From the UHGV virus genome UHGV-0176688: a stretch of DNA of 41,778 nucleotides, one strand, 5' to 3'. Positions within the stretch are counted from its first letter, which is position 1. Each line of letters starts with the position of its first letter. This DNA comes from a virus. Made by a program: the position numbers and the translations under genes. Below are positions 26,192-35,413 of this stretch, one piece after another. The notes beneath the pieces are model-generated. The model was not told the DNA's origin, did no database searches, and worked only from the letters and a program-made list of their open reading frames with translations.

Positions 26192-26811
26192 GCCGACATC
26201 CTCTGAGACATAAACTCCACAAAACGAACTGCATCTTCAGAAACAACACCGCATGACTTCAGATAATTCATTGCGTCACCAGGTAGCGGATTGGTTGGTT
26301 CAGCATTTGCCAGGGATTGCGATAAAAGATTGATTAATTTGACCATTCTTCGCTGTCGGAGGTTGTATCCTTCAGCCAAAGACAGGTAACTGGAAAGGGT
26401 TTGGCTTAAGCGAGCGCGAAGCTGATCCGTGCCGTGACATTCAATAGCAACATCACGTAACGCATTGACCAGTTCCCGGTAAATATGCGTAGCAACCTGG
26501 CATTCAATGTTGGTTGGTGACTCATAAATTACAGTCAGCCCAAGCTTTTCAGCCAACGCGTGCTCTGCACGAGCACCAACCGATTCTTCCCATTGATTGA
26601 GCAAATAGATCGCATCAGCAGAACGCACCATTGCCAGGCAAATATCCATGTATTCACTCTGACAAAGGCCACCAGGTAACACAGCTGGATTCAGAACGAT
26701 ATGCCCTTCAGCCATCAACTCGCTCGCTTTCGCATTAAACGCCGCACGGTTGTAATCTGGATAACCAGTCATCGGCCCCGCGATGTAAATTTTCAAAACA
26801 CGTTTCACCAT
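26188..26811 (-). CDS. DUF4406-like (nucleoside 2-deoxyribosyltransferase-like fold) protein
   Basis: KIYIAGPMTGYPDYNRAAFNAKASELMAEGHIVLNP; ATG 26811 overlaps upstream stop (TGATG). Confidence 0.55.
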   Translation of the reverse strand: MVKRVLKIYIAGPMTGYPDYNRAAFNAKASELMAEGHIVLNPAVLPGGLCQSEYMDICLAMVRSADAIYLLNQWEESVGARAEHALAEKLGLTVIYESPTNIECQVATHIYRELVNALRDVAIECHGTDQLRARLSQTLSSYLSLAEGYNLRQRRMVKLINLLSQSLANAEPTNPLPGDAMNYLKSCGVVSEDAVRFVEFMSQRMSA

Positions 26812-26963
26812 CAAAATTTCCCCAAAATCGTGACGCAAAACATAAGCACTGCGAAAAGCTCAATACCAAGCTCAAGTAGCGCCAACGCCCCGAAAAACAA
26901 CACATAGAACAGGCCAATCTCATTCACAGATGGCTGGTGGATCGCACTTAAAGCTATAAGCAT
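26811..26963 (-). CDS. Small membrane peptide (about 50 aa)
   Basis: RBS GGAGGA; MLIALSAIHQPSVNEIGLFYVLFFGALALLELGIELFAVLMFCVTILGKF; coupled to DUF4406 gene. Confidence 0.45.
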   Translation of the reverse strand: MLIALSAIHQPSVNEIGLFYVLFFGALALLELGIELFAVLMFCVTILGKF

Positions 26964-27002
26964 CATGTCCTCCAAACAGTTATCAGGAATGATATTAATG
27001 TT

Positions 27003-27018
27003 TTATGTTAGAAAATCA
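27003..27018. promoter_or_regulatory. Operator-like motif in divergent promoter region (ref versus leftward operon)
   Basis: ttATGTTAGAAAAtca; exact 9-mer TGTTAGAAA at 27006-27014. Confidence 0.5.
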
Positions 27019-27083
27019 ATTTTGTATATCTAACTATTTTGATCAATCATAGAAAAATCGCTGAAAAGTAAGAGGCAGCCATC

Positions 27084-27662
27084 ATGCAGAAACAGAGCTA
27101 TTGGGAGAAACAGAGACAAAAAGCCATGCAAAAATTGGCTGACCCAGCCTGGCGAGAGGAACAAAGGGCAAAGCGCCTTCAACAAGCTCAACGCCAGCAG
27201 CAACGAGCGAGAGAAAAAGCCGCATCGCCTGAATATCGGCAAAAGAGAATTGAAAAAGCAAAGCAATATGACCAGCGGAGAAAAGAGAAAGCTGTATCCG
27301 CTCCGTCCAAAAAAACACGCACGTCACGCGGCCTGAAGGGCAGATCACTCACAGCCGATGAACGCCGGATACAGACCGCTATCGGTACTCTCCCCTGCAT
27401 TGCCTGCCATATTCACGGGCAACATAGCCCAGTGGTATCCCTGCACCATATCTTCGGGAGAACGGCAGAGAACGCGCATAAATATGTCCTCCCTTTGTGT
27501 AAATGGCACCACCAGTACGCAGCGCCAGCCGAGGTCCGAGAACAATATCCCTGGCTGGTCCCTGTTCATGCTGATGGAAAAATAGGCGGAAAAGCAGATT
27601 TCATGCGGCACAATGCCGATGAAATGATGTTGTATCAGATGGCGATTGAATTGATAAATTAG
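27084..27662 (+). CDS. ref: Ref-like HNH endonuclease (recombination enhancement function)
   Basis: LPCIACHIHG...SLHHIFGRT...LPLCKWHHQYAAPAEVREQYPWLVPVHADG matches P1 Ref as recalled. Confidence 0.8.
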   Translation: MQKQSYWEKQRQKAMQKLADPAWREEQRAKRLQQAQRQQQRAREKAASPEYRQKRIEKAKQYDQRRKEKAVSAPSKKTRTSRGLKGRSLTADERRIQTAIGTLPCIACHIHGQHSPVVSLHHIFGRTAENAHKYVLPLCKWHHQYAAPAEVREQYPWLVPVHADGKIGGKADFMRHNADEMMLYQMAIELIN

Positions 27663-27674
27663 TTTTCTAACACT
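27659..27674. promoter_or_regulatory. Operator-like motif heading the immI-like region
   Basis: ttagTTTTCTAACAct; exact 9-mer at 27664-27672. Confidence 0.5.
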
Positions 27675-27993
27675 TTAAGTTGAATTGTAAATTTCTCCGA
27701 TGTACATTCACTACCGATTGGCACACCGGTCAACTTTTTGAGACAAACTGTTTAGTTTTTCGTATTATTGCCGCCGCCATACCTATGGCGGTGCAATATA
27801 GGTGGCTGAAAAGCCCCCGTTGACTCACGGTGTTCCAGCCTTTATTGCGCCGCCACCAGACCGTGGAACAGTCGATGGCGGCTCCGAAAGCAAGGAGTCA
27901 CTACACTATGAACAACTACAGTCTTTTACCATCACTCGTCGTCCACCACTCACGCGATAATCTGCATTCTTTACTCGCGTCGGGGGTGTCAAA

Positions 27994-28161
27994 ATGACTG
28001 TTCGCTACCTCAACTTTCAAATCAAGAACATTACTGGCGGTTGCTATGACTGGTTTGTCACTCTCGGAAAAGAAGTGATCACCGGGAAGCTGGATGAAGT
28101 GAAAGCTAAAGCAATGGCCTACGCCTGCAAGCAAGCCCGGAAGAAATCCGCCAAAGCATAA
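27994..28161 (+). CDS. Small protein (55 aa), hypothetical
   Basis: RBS GGGGGTG before ATG; followed by plus-strand terminator; preferred over overlapping minus-strand track ORF. Confidence 0.35.
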   Translation: MTVRYLNFQIKNITGGCYDWFVTLGKEVITGKLDEVKAKAMAYACKQARKKSAKA

Positions 28162-28266
28162 AATACTGACTGTTGCGCCCTGGCATTATCGTGAGGTATA
28201 TTTCTACGGCACCTTAGAAAAACGGGTGCCGGGATTGGAACCCCGGATAATGCAAAAGGCGACACA

Positions 28267-28288
28267 GACGCCGAAAGCGTCTTTTTTT
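28267..28288 (+). terminator. Rho-independent terminator
   Basis: GACGCcgaaaGCGTC followed by TTTTTTT. Confidence 0.8.
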
Positions 28289-28385
28289 GTGTCATGCCAT
28301 CGCACAGCCATACGTAGCGTTTAGCTCAGAGATCAATGGTAGTGCTGGCTGGGCTGCCGAAAGGCAGGCCGGTTCCCTTTTGCGC

Positions 28386-28443
28386 CGGTAGTTCCAACCC
28401 AGTCAGTGCTACCGCCATTGAGATTGGAACCTCACGCGGTAGC
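28386..28443 (+). ncRNA. Candidate cis-regulatory RNA switch / c4-like antisense element upstream of icd-like RBS
   Basis: GTTCCAA (28391-28397) complements TTGGAAC (28424-28430); GCTACCGC (28408-28415) complements GCGGTAGC (28436-28443); CGGTAG also at 28387 giving alternative pairings; RBS AAAAGGAG follows. Confidence 0.35.
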
Positions 28444-28473
28444 TCCTTAAATTAGCAAAAGGAGACTGCCATT

Positions 28474-28689
28474 ATGGCTACTACCCCTACCCCAACTCAT
28501 TCTGAATTTATCTGGCGTTTCTATTCCTGCCAAAAACACCTGTATATCTGCGTCATGGCTGCTACCGAATCAGAGGCGCGCTCATACCTTCCCGAAGAAC
28601 CCTGCATTTTTGCTGCTCGCTTCACTCTTGATGCGATGGAGATCCTCAATTACTGGAATCTGCCGATGAACTGCGTGGAGGTGCACTGA
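28474..28689 (+). CDS. Icd-like small protein (by position and size)
   Basis: 71 aa, stop overlaps antirepressor start (TGATG), as P1 icd overlaps ant. Confidence 0.4.
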   Translation: MATTPTPTHSEFIWRFYSCQKHLYICVMAATESEARSYLPEEPCIFAARFTLDAMEILNYWNLPMNCVEVH

Positions 28690-29630
28690 TGAATCTGTCC
28701 ATCTCTCAAAAAGCGACAATGACCAGTATTGAGATCGCGGAACTGGTGGGAAGTCGTCACTCTGATGTTAAACGCAGCATCGAAAGACTTGTTGCTAAAG
28801 GAGTTATCCAACATACGCCATTGGCTACAGTTGAGAATAATCAATCACTTAGCCCTAATAAATACACAAAAGCCTATTTCTTCGAAGGCGAACAAGGCAA
28901 GCGCGATAGCATTATCGTCGTCGCGCAGCTCTCTCCCGAATTCACCGCCCGGCTGGTGGACCGCTGGCGCGAACTGGAGAATGCCCGGGTACAGTTAAAA
29001 TCAAAAGCCGAAATTCTGGCTGAAATGGCGCAAATGCATCTTGAGCATGAACGCCGGATCAACGCCGTAAATGCCCAGGTAGCCGAGGTATCAGCACAAG
29101 TATCGATGGTCGCTGAAACACTCGAGCAAATAAAGAAAGGCAATATTCCGGAAGGCTACATTGGCTACCGCCAGCTGGCGGCGAAATGTGGCCTGACTGA
29201 AGCCAAATGCCGAAACCTAGTCAACGCTTACCGGATTCCCACCGATACACATGAGTTTTTAACCCCCGATGGTTTGCTTGCCCGACGCTCCATTGTGGCC
29301 CTGGCCCCCTTCCGGAAAGCCTTTAAGCAGGTGATGTCGGAGGCAGAACCACGCAATAAACGCTGGTATCATCCAAAGATGGGGATGTTTCAGGCAATCC
29401 ACCATCCTGTGCCTGAAAGCCCAAAGGATAATCTGTCACTACATACCGCCAGAGAGAAGATCAGGACTGGATACGCAACAGTGTGTCGTCGTTCTTCCTG
29501 GCCTGAAGGTATATGGGTGTGGCCCGAAGGTGGATCACGAAAGCACTGGCGCACTATCCGGGATGGGAAAATCCATGCTATTGATTTAGCTCCAGAGGAT
29601 GTTGTTGCTACGGACTGGATTGTTAGTTAA
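28689..29630 (+). CDS. Putative antirepressor (Rha-like N-terminal domain) with DUF2829-like C-terminal segment
   Basis: N-terminus MTSIEIAELVGSRHSDVKRSIERL; C-terminus ...CRRSSWPEGIWVW...GKIHAIDLAPEDVVATDWIVS. Confidence 0.5.
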   Translation: MNLSISQKATMTSIEIAELVGSRHSDVKRSIERLVAKGVIQHTPLATVENNQSLSPNKYTKAYFFEGEQGKRDSIIVVAQLSPEFTARLVDRWRELENARVQLKSKAEILAEMAQMHLEHERRINAVNAQVAEVSAQVSMVAETLEQIKKGNIPEGYIGYRQLAAKCGLTEAKCRNLVNAYRIPTDTHEFLTPDGLLARRSIVALAPFRKAFKQVMSEAEPRNKRWYHPKMGMFQAIHHPVPESPKDNLSLHTAREKIRTGYATVCRRSSWPEGIWVWPEGGSRKHWRTIRDGKIHAIDLAPEDVVATDWIVS

Positions 29631-29757
29631 TAGCTTTTGCCCCGGTCAGGCCGGGGCATGATACCAATAAATTGCATAACATAGTGTAGATTAGTAAAAT
29701 AGCACACTCACACAGCTTTATAATTATTTGTTTTTTTACGTTAAAGGATGAATAACT

Positions 29758-30108
29758 TTGGCTACTAAAATTAACTTAGAAAATCCTCGGACAGGCGAGT
29801 CCATCTCAGGCTTTTATGGATTCTCCTGGACTACGTTCTTTTTTGGTGCCTTCCCGGCTTTGTTCAGGAAAGACTTTATAACTTTCATCGGGGTGTTCGT
29901 TGTGATGCTAATCCTGGCATTCCTCACTGCAGGAATTGGTCCTTGGGTAGCTTCACTTGTCTGGGCATTTATATACAATAAATATTTCACCGTAAATAAG
30001 ATAAAACAAGGATTTGTATTTGCTGGCTCTCACACAGAAAATGAGTTAGCCGCCAGCAAACTTGGATTGGTCTTAAACCAAAACAACTGCAAAACTATTA
30101 CCGAGTAA
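29758..30108 (+). CDS. Membrane protein, two predicted TM helices (TTG start)
   Basis: RBS AAAGGA 8 nt before TTG; hydrophobic segments FIGVFVVMLILAFLTAGIGPWVASLVWAFI. Confidence 0.45.
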   Translation: MATKINLENPRTGESISGFYGFSWTTFFFGAFPALFRKDFITFIGVFVVMLILAFLTAGIGPWVASLVWAFIYNKYFTVNKIKQGFVFAGSHTENELAASKLGLVLNQNNCKTITE

Positions 30109-30114
30109 AATTCA

Positions 30115-30146
30115 AAAAGCAGGCTTAGTCGTTAAGCCTGCTTTAT
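30115..30146. terminator. Bidirectional terminator between convergent genes
   Basis: aaaaaGCAGGCTTAgtcgtTAAGCCTGCttta. Confidence 0.75.
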
Positions 30147-30149
30147 CAA

Positions 30150-30992
30150 TTACGAATCTTGCTGGCAATTCAGAAACATAAATGCCCGCTTGTCCGTCAA
30201 ATCAGTGACATAATATTCTCTCGTTCCTGTAGGTTTTATTCTACGGGCATATACAAACTTATGTACCGGTTGTTTATCTCCATAACTCACTTCTGTCCTA
30301 AACTCATCAACCACGCTACCATCTTTTTCAGTTTCCTTTCTCACTAGCTGATTTTCTAATACAGGCTTTGATTCGTCCATGCCACTAAAAGCATCCTGAC
30401 CTGTGCTGTTGCCTCGGTTTCCGCGTGGTAAATCCCATGAAAAATAAGTGCCATAGTCAGTAATCACACGATCCCATGTTCCGGAATCCCCCATATAGTT
30501 AGAACGCTCCCCCTTGTAAGTTACAGCCACCTTACAGACATACGTTTCACCATTATTTTTTTTATCATGTCCAGCCATGCTCGCTGTAGTTGCAGGAGTT
30601 GCAGGGGAATTATGAATAGATGCGCTTACATCATCTTGCGTTAATTCCTCAACTGGAGCAAATTCATATATGGGTGTGCCGAGGCTATTTAAATATAACT
30701 TATATCTAACCCTAAGCGCACTTCCATCAGAGAATTCATACGTTCCCAGACATTGGAGCTTATTTTTTTCTCTTATCTCATTGATCTGATTATAAGCATC
30801 AATTACAGAGATTGCTTCCTGATCGTCCTTCAGCAGTTCATTATAATCATCGATTAACATCTGTCTGGTTTTAGGGGCATTGCAGTCAATTTTGCTAAAA
30901 TCATAAGCAAAGGCAAATGTGGGAACAGAGAGAGCAACAACAGTAGCAAGTATTGTTGAGGAACTTCTTTTTCCATTTTTTATAAAAAACAT
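30150..30992 (-). CDS. Secreted protein with signal peptide, AT-rich gene
   Basis: Start at MFFIKNGKRSSSTILATVVALSVPTFAFA (RBS GGAG); low GC; longer start at 31070 possible. Confidence 0.5.
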   Translation of the reverse strand: MFFIKNGKRSSSTILATVVALSVPTFAFAYDFSKIDCNAPKTRQMLIDDYNELLKDDQEAISVIDAYNQINEIREKNKLQCLGTYEFSDGSALRVRYKLYLNSLGTPIYEFAPVEELTQDDVSASIHNSPATPATTASMAGHDKKNNGETYVCKVAVTYKGERSNYMGDSGTWDRVITDYGTYFSWDLPRGNRGNSTGQDAFSGMDESKPVLENQLVRKETEKDGSVVDEFRTEVSYGDKQPVHKFVYARRIKPTGTREYYVTDLTDKRAFMFLNCQQDS

Positions 30993-31285
30993 TTCATTAA
31001 CTCCATACTTTACCATCTTAGCCGCAAGCGCGGTCCCTAAAACCCTTAACTTCACTGCACAGTCCTTCATGCAATCAAAATGACTTTTATGTTATAAAAA
31101 TAATCAGCCAAATCAACATGATTTAGGCCAAATTTCGGTCAAAAAATAAAATCCACAAAAAGTGGTTGACACTATTTTGGAAATCACAAACTGCACATAA
31201 TCCATCGCGCTAACGGCTCCCGTTGAAGGTTCTTTTGACGATTAACTTTCAGCCGAAGCGCGGTAGGGAGTCATAACGCCAAAGC

Positions 31286-31310
31286 AGGCCGCCATGTGCG
31301 GCCTTTTTTT
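31286..31310 (+). terminator. Rho-independent terminator 28 nt upstream of next start codon
   Basis: AGGCCGCcatgtGCGGCCT followed by TTTTTTT. Confidence 0.7.
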
Positions 31311-31337
31311 GTATCCGTCATCCGTGGAGGAAGGACA

Positions 31338-31991
31338 ATGGAAAAGATCGCAATATTCAGCCTGACCACCAGCAAGCCTCAAATGCTCACTGCAATACTG
31401 AAAGACGGTGCTCTCATTATTAACGAAGTAAAACCCCTTCCCGCGTCAGCATTGGAGCAAAAGCAAAAAATTCCTCCAGCTATAGCAGCCCTGCGGAAAA
31501 GCAAATTTAAGGTTCTAGTAGACGAAATTACGCCAACGATCTCCGCTGGCACCGGAGCAAGCCAGGTGACTCTCAAGACCCGTCATGCCGATGGTAGAGC
31601 AGCAATCATCGTTGGGATGGAAAGATACAGAGAGTTAAAACTCCAGAAACTATTATCCCTGCCGCAAAATAACAAAGGTGCTTTCGAAATCCCCGACTCT
31701 ATCGTTGATACCGAATACAACGGTAACGGAGAAGAAGTCTACCGGGTGAACTGGCAGGATATCAGGCCGGAGCATATTCTGATGATCCTATGTTGCTACG
31801 CGACCGTATACCACAACGTTGCCAGTGCAGATTACGTAGAGCAGATGACCGGCACAGTCGAGAAAGAGCAAAAAACAGGCATACTCGCTTCGTTCCTGTC
31901 CATTATTGGGCATGAAAAAGTTAAAGCAGGCACCTCCCAGCCAAAATCACTGGCTGGGAAAGAAGTTGATGAAGATACCGTGATACTTTGA
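31338..31991 (+). CDS. Hypothetical protein
   Basis: RBS GGAGGAAGG before ATG; 218 aa. Confidence 0.55.
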   Translation: MEKIAIFSLTTSKPQMLTAILKDGALIINEVKPLPASALEQKQKIPPAIAALRKSKFKVLVDEITPTISAGTGASQVTLKTRHADGRAAIIVGMERYRELKLQKLLSLPQNNKGAFEIPDSIVDTEYNGNGEEVYRVNWQDIRPEHILMILCCYATVYHNVASADYVEQMTGTVEKEQKTGILASFLSIIGHEKVKAGTSQPKSLAGKEVDEDTVIL

Positions 31992-32318
31992 TCACATTAG
32001 TAGCTTTGTTAACTCCCTCAATACCAGGTAGAAGAGTAACAAAAATATTGACGCGAGTATTTGAGTGGTCAATGAAGCGTTCATAAACAGATCAATTAGC
32101 ATTAATAATTCGAATATAACATCCATGTCATTCACTCCGTTTAATTTTTAATCTAATGCCAGCAAATGAAGCTGGCCCCCGCACAAAGATTAATGAAAGT
32201 CACTTGTCACCAGTGAGGGATTTATGAACCACATCCCCCTGAACTGGTGGCCTGTCTGTTTCTCACATTTCACACCCTGCATACAGTTTCCCCCAGGTTA
32301 TGACTGAGAGGCTTTGTT

Positions 32319-32648
32319 ATGGGCTATAGCAGACTCGACGACAGGTACATTGAAGACGATATTTTTCGTGCGCTGTTTCACCAGGAAATGATTAAGCGAG
32401 TATCGGAGTATCACTCTGATAATTTCCAGTACACGATAAAGATTGATGAAGTATATCGTTCAGACCTTGCAGCCTACAGGGCGTATGGCAATGCAGATTT
32501 GCGCTGGGTATTCCGGGTGCTGGTGGGCCATGAGTCAGAAATGGAAGAAATGCCCGCCGGGACCACGTTAACTCTTCCTGATGTGGCATGGCTGAGGAAC
32601 AAGATCCGTGATTACGCGAGCGCGGAACCGGAGATAGAAAATGCCTGA
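32319..32648 (+). CDS. Hypothetical protein
   Basis: 109-aa ORF overlapping downstream gene by 8 nt. Confidence 0.5.
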   Translation: MGYSRLDDRYIEDDIFRALFHQEMIKRVSEYHSDNFQYTIKIDEVYRSDLAAYRAYGNADLRWVFRVLVGHESEMEEMPAGTTLTLPDVAWLRNKIRDYASAEPEIENA

Positions 32649-33834
32649 TTTCCTGAAAAACCAGGACGGGCGCTATATCACTGACGGCCTGTCCTCTAAG
32701 GACTTCACGCGTTTATTCGACCTTATCAGGAAAGAACAAACCCGTAAGCGCCGACAAGCTCACCGGACGCTGACGCCAGGCAGACTGAGGAACAAATCTG
32801 CCGAAGATATTCTCAAGTTAGGGAAGAAGAAAGGCGGCACGTTCTTTACACGAGACGATCTGAAAGGCTTCGAAAAGCTACGGAGTAAAACGCGCGAAAA
32901 ATATGACAGCAAGACGGCTGGTATCACATACGCCCAGCTGGTGGCATCCAGCCAGGCAATCGATATTAAGCGTGCAAATAACGCCGTGGATGACGGATCT
33001 GGTATCAAAAGAGCTACACCCGTATCTCTTCGCCACAATGTGATTAATATCCGCGTAGAAGCATCGGATATATCCGTCCACCAGCACCATATCGTCCGGA
33101 TACGCTTTGAAGAATGGGATCAGATGGTCGATGACATCGCAGAAGACGATAAATCAGCCCTGAAAATCACTAAATCATTGTGCGCCGGGCGGGTGTCTTT
33201 CGATTGTGACTGTGGTCGCCATCAATACTGGTATCGCTACATCGCCACTGCGGGTAACTTTGCCCTGGCCCCGCCAAAAGAATACGCCTATCCAAAAGTT
33301 CGCAACCCTAAGCTGCAAGGTGTCGCCTGTAAACACGTGATTCACGCAATGACACGACTACAGTCCGCCAGTTGGCAGATGAGTATTGCTCGTGCGCTAC
33401 AAAAGGCCGCAACGCAAATTGCATTTGGTGACGATCGCCGCCGTACAACCAAACACTTCTCAAAAGAAGACGAGAGGGAGTTTAATCGCAATCGCAACAG
33501 TAAAACAAACGTTGACGCTGCCAAGCGCGAATGGAGGCTCTATCAGAAACGTCAGGCCGCTTTAAGCACAAAACTGGCAAAGGACAACGGCAAAATTGAC
33601 AAGCTACGTGACCAATTGACCAAAGCCAGAAAGTTGTCAGATGCACAGAAAAAACGGGCGGCAGCAAAAGAAGCGGCCTTGCAACGTGAGAAACAGAAAA
33701 ACAAGGAGCTTCAGCAACGCCTTGCCGATCAGTTCGCACTGAAGAAGCAGGCGTTCATTGATGCGCTTGTCATGGCTGGAACACCACCAGCACAAGCTGA
33801 AAAAATGTTCATGGAGTATGTAAAAAAAGCATAA
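32641..33834 (+). CDS. SWIM zinc-finger protein with basic coiled-coil C-terminus
   Basis: FDCDCGRHQYW...GVACKHVIHAM fits CxCxnCxH; Lys/Arg-rich coiled coil at C-terminus. Confidence 0.5.
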   Translation: MPDFLKNQDGRYITDGLSSKDFTRLFDLIRKEQTRKRRQAHRTLTPGRLRNKSAEDILKLGKKKGGTFFTRDDLKGFEKLRSKTREKYDSKTAGITYAQLVASSQAIDIKRANNAVDDGSGIKRATPVSLRHNVINIRVEASDISVHQHHIVRIRFEEWDQMVDDIAEDDKSALKITKSLCAGRVSFDCDCGRHQYWYRYIATAGNFALAPPKEYAYPKVRNPKLQGVACKHVIHAMTRLQSASWQMSIARALQKAATQIAFGDDRRRTTKHFSKEDEREFNRNRNSKTNVDAAKREWRLYQKRQAALSTKLAKDNGKIDKLRDQLTKARKLSDAQKKRAAAKEAALQREKQKNKELQQRLADQFALKKQAFIDALVMAGTPPAQAEKMFMEYVKKA

Positions 33835-33867
33835 ACCACACATAGCCTAGCTGCCTAGGCTAGGCTT

Positions 33868-34596
33868 TCATCTTTTTGAAAAATCAATTTCCGTTTTATC
33901 AAATAATTTTGAAATATCAGCAACCAATTTATTAAAATCATGATCGCCATTATAAAGCGAAGTCTTCTTTATTGCCATTACAAAATCATATAACTTTTCT
34001 GGGGAGTCAATACCAACCCCTCTACTTTTAAAAAGCTCAATGATAACTCCAACATCATCATATAATAACTTTATTGCCGCCATAATCTCTTTTTGCTGCC
34101 TAAGCAATCTCTCAAGTTCATTTTTATTTTCATCCATAATTCTTTTGTTGAATTGTGTATCATTAATACTTTTTATTATTTCAGTCTCTTTTATTTGCAA
34201 CGCCTTTCTTTTATTTTGATCCATGTCGGCATCCAAATACCTTATCTCTGTATATATTTTACTTGTTAGCTTTGATACGCAAAGAGTGACAATCGGAGCT
34301 GCAATTGATGCAATAATTCCAAAAATAAATGGCAAGCAAAAATGATAAAACCAAGGAGACAAAACGCCTTCATAAACTAGAGGAATCTTACCTCCAACAA
34401 ATGTTACAGATAAAGTATATAGGATATCATCCTTTGACTTCATCAATATTAGTATATCTTTCCAATTAATAATTAGAAAAGAAATTAATATATATGCAAA
34501 CACTTTATTAAAAAGCTTGTCTTTTATGGCATCTCCAAAAGATACTTTGATTAGATCATTTTCAGTCAATTTTTCTGTTGATGAATCTGTATTCAT
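33868..34596 (-). CDS. AT-rich membrane protein (2 TM plus coiled coil), candidate abortive-infection/exclusion effector
   Basis: GC far below neighbours; TM segments FAYILISFLIINW and FCLPFIFGIIASIAAPIVTL; hairpin terminator downstream. Confidence 0.45.
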   Translation of the reverse strand: MNTDSSTEKLTENDLIKVSFGDAIKDKLFNKVFAYILISFLIINWKDILILMKSKDDILYTLSVTFVGGKIPLVYEGVLSPWFYHFCLPFIFGIIASIAAPIVTLCVSKLTSKIYTEIRYLDADMDQNKRKALQIKETEIIKSINDTQFNKRIMDENKNELERLLRQQKEIMAAIKLLYDDVGVIIELFKSRGVGIDSPEKLYDFVMAIKKTSLYNGDHDFNKLVADISKLFDKTEIDFSKR

Positions 34597-34658
34597 ATAA
34601 ACTACCGTGATTTCTAATATCTATTTTATGAAAATAGCGGTCATCCAGACCGCCAAAC

Positions 34659-35018
34659 TCAAATACCAACCAAGCTTTCAAGAGGAATGCCAAACCGGGA
34701 ATGTAAACGGCGAATCATAGGTAACGTCAAATTTCGTGTCCCATTTAGCACTTCGTAAACACGATTTGACTTACCAATCGCCGGTTCCAGATCCTTCACG
34801 GTCAGCCCTTGCTGTTCCATACGGAATTTAATGGCCTCAATAGGTGATGGTGGCTCAATTGGGTAATGTTTTTTCTCGTACTCCTCAATGAGAAGACTCA
34901 TAACCTCAAAGAAATCACCTTCCGGAGTATTCATTTCCGGTTCGTTATCGAACATCGGTTCGACCGCACGCAGTGCGGCCTCATAATCTTGTTCTGTACG
35001 GATAGGTTTAATGTTCAT
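34659..35018 (-). CDS. HigA-like XRE-family HTH antitoxin/regulator (second copy, orphan)
   Basis: C-terminal HTH NRVYEVLNGTRNLTLPMIRRLHSRFGIPLESL resembles E. coli HigA architecture. Confidence 0.6.
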   Translation of the reverse strand: MNIKPIRTEQDYEAALRAVEPMFDNEPEMNTPEGDFFEVMSLLIEEYEKKHYPIEPPSPIEAIKFRMEQQGLTVKDLEPAIGKSNRVYEVLNGTRNLTLPMIRRLHSRFGIPLESLVGI

Positions 35019-35074
35019 TAATTACAAAGGAAAGCCCACTTGCTAAGTGGGCTTTTTGTATGTGTTTTACTATA

Positions 35075-35413
35075 TCAGGCTGCTTTTTTATTCAGGTTCC
35101 GCTGAGAAATAAATTTTTCAGCAGTATTGATACGACTTAACTCTTCCTGAACGCGCATATCATTTTCGACTTCCCACAGGTCTACTGCGGTCTGAAGATT
35201 AATCCAAAAATCTACAGAAGTATCGAATGCTTTTGCCAGGCGATATGCCATATCCATCGTTAGCTTACGATTATTATTAACAAGAGCACTTACGGTGTTA
35301 CGATGAACATGAAGTATTTCTGCCAACTCGTTGATCTTCAGCTCTAACGGCTCCAGGTATTCGTACAGCAGGATATCACCTACGGTCGTCGGTTTTCTGG
35401 TTGCCTGTTTCAT
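35075..35413 (-). CDS. higA: HigA antitoxin (HTH_XRE)
   Basis: TVGDILLYEYLEPLELKINELAEILHVHRNTVSALVNNNRKLTMDMAYRLAKAF; downstream of higB. Confidence 0.8.
   Translation of the reverse strand: MKQATRKPTTVGDILLYEYLEPLELKINELAEILHVHRNTVSALVNNNRKLTMDMAYRLAKAFDTSVDFWINLQTAVDLWEVENDMRVQEELSRINTAEKFISQRNLNKKAA

Noticed and set aside
26735-26923. 62-aa minus-strand track ORF
   Set aside because: Different frame from the RBS-supported 50-aa membrane peptide and overlaps the DUF4406 gene; Cys/Trp-rich low-complexity translation.
27916-28134. 72-aa minus-strand track ORF
   Set aside because: Overlaps a plus-strand small ORF that has a strong RBS and a downstream terminator; minus-strand frame lacks start context.
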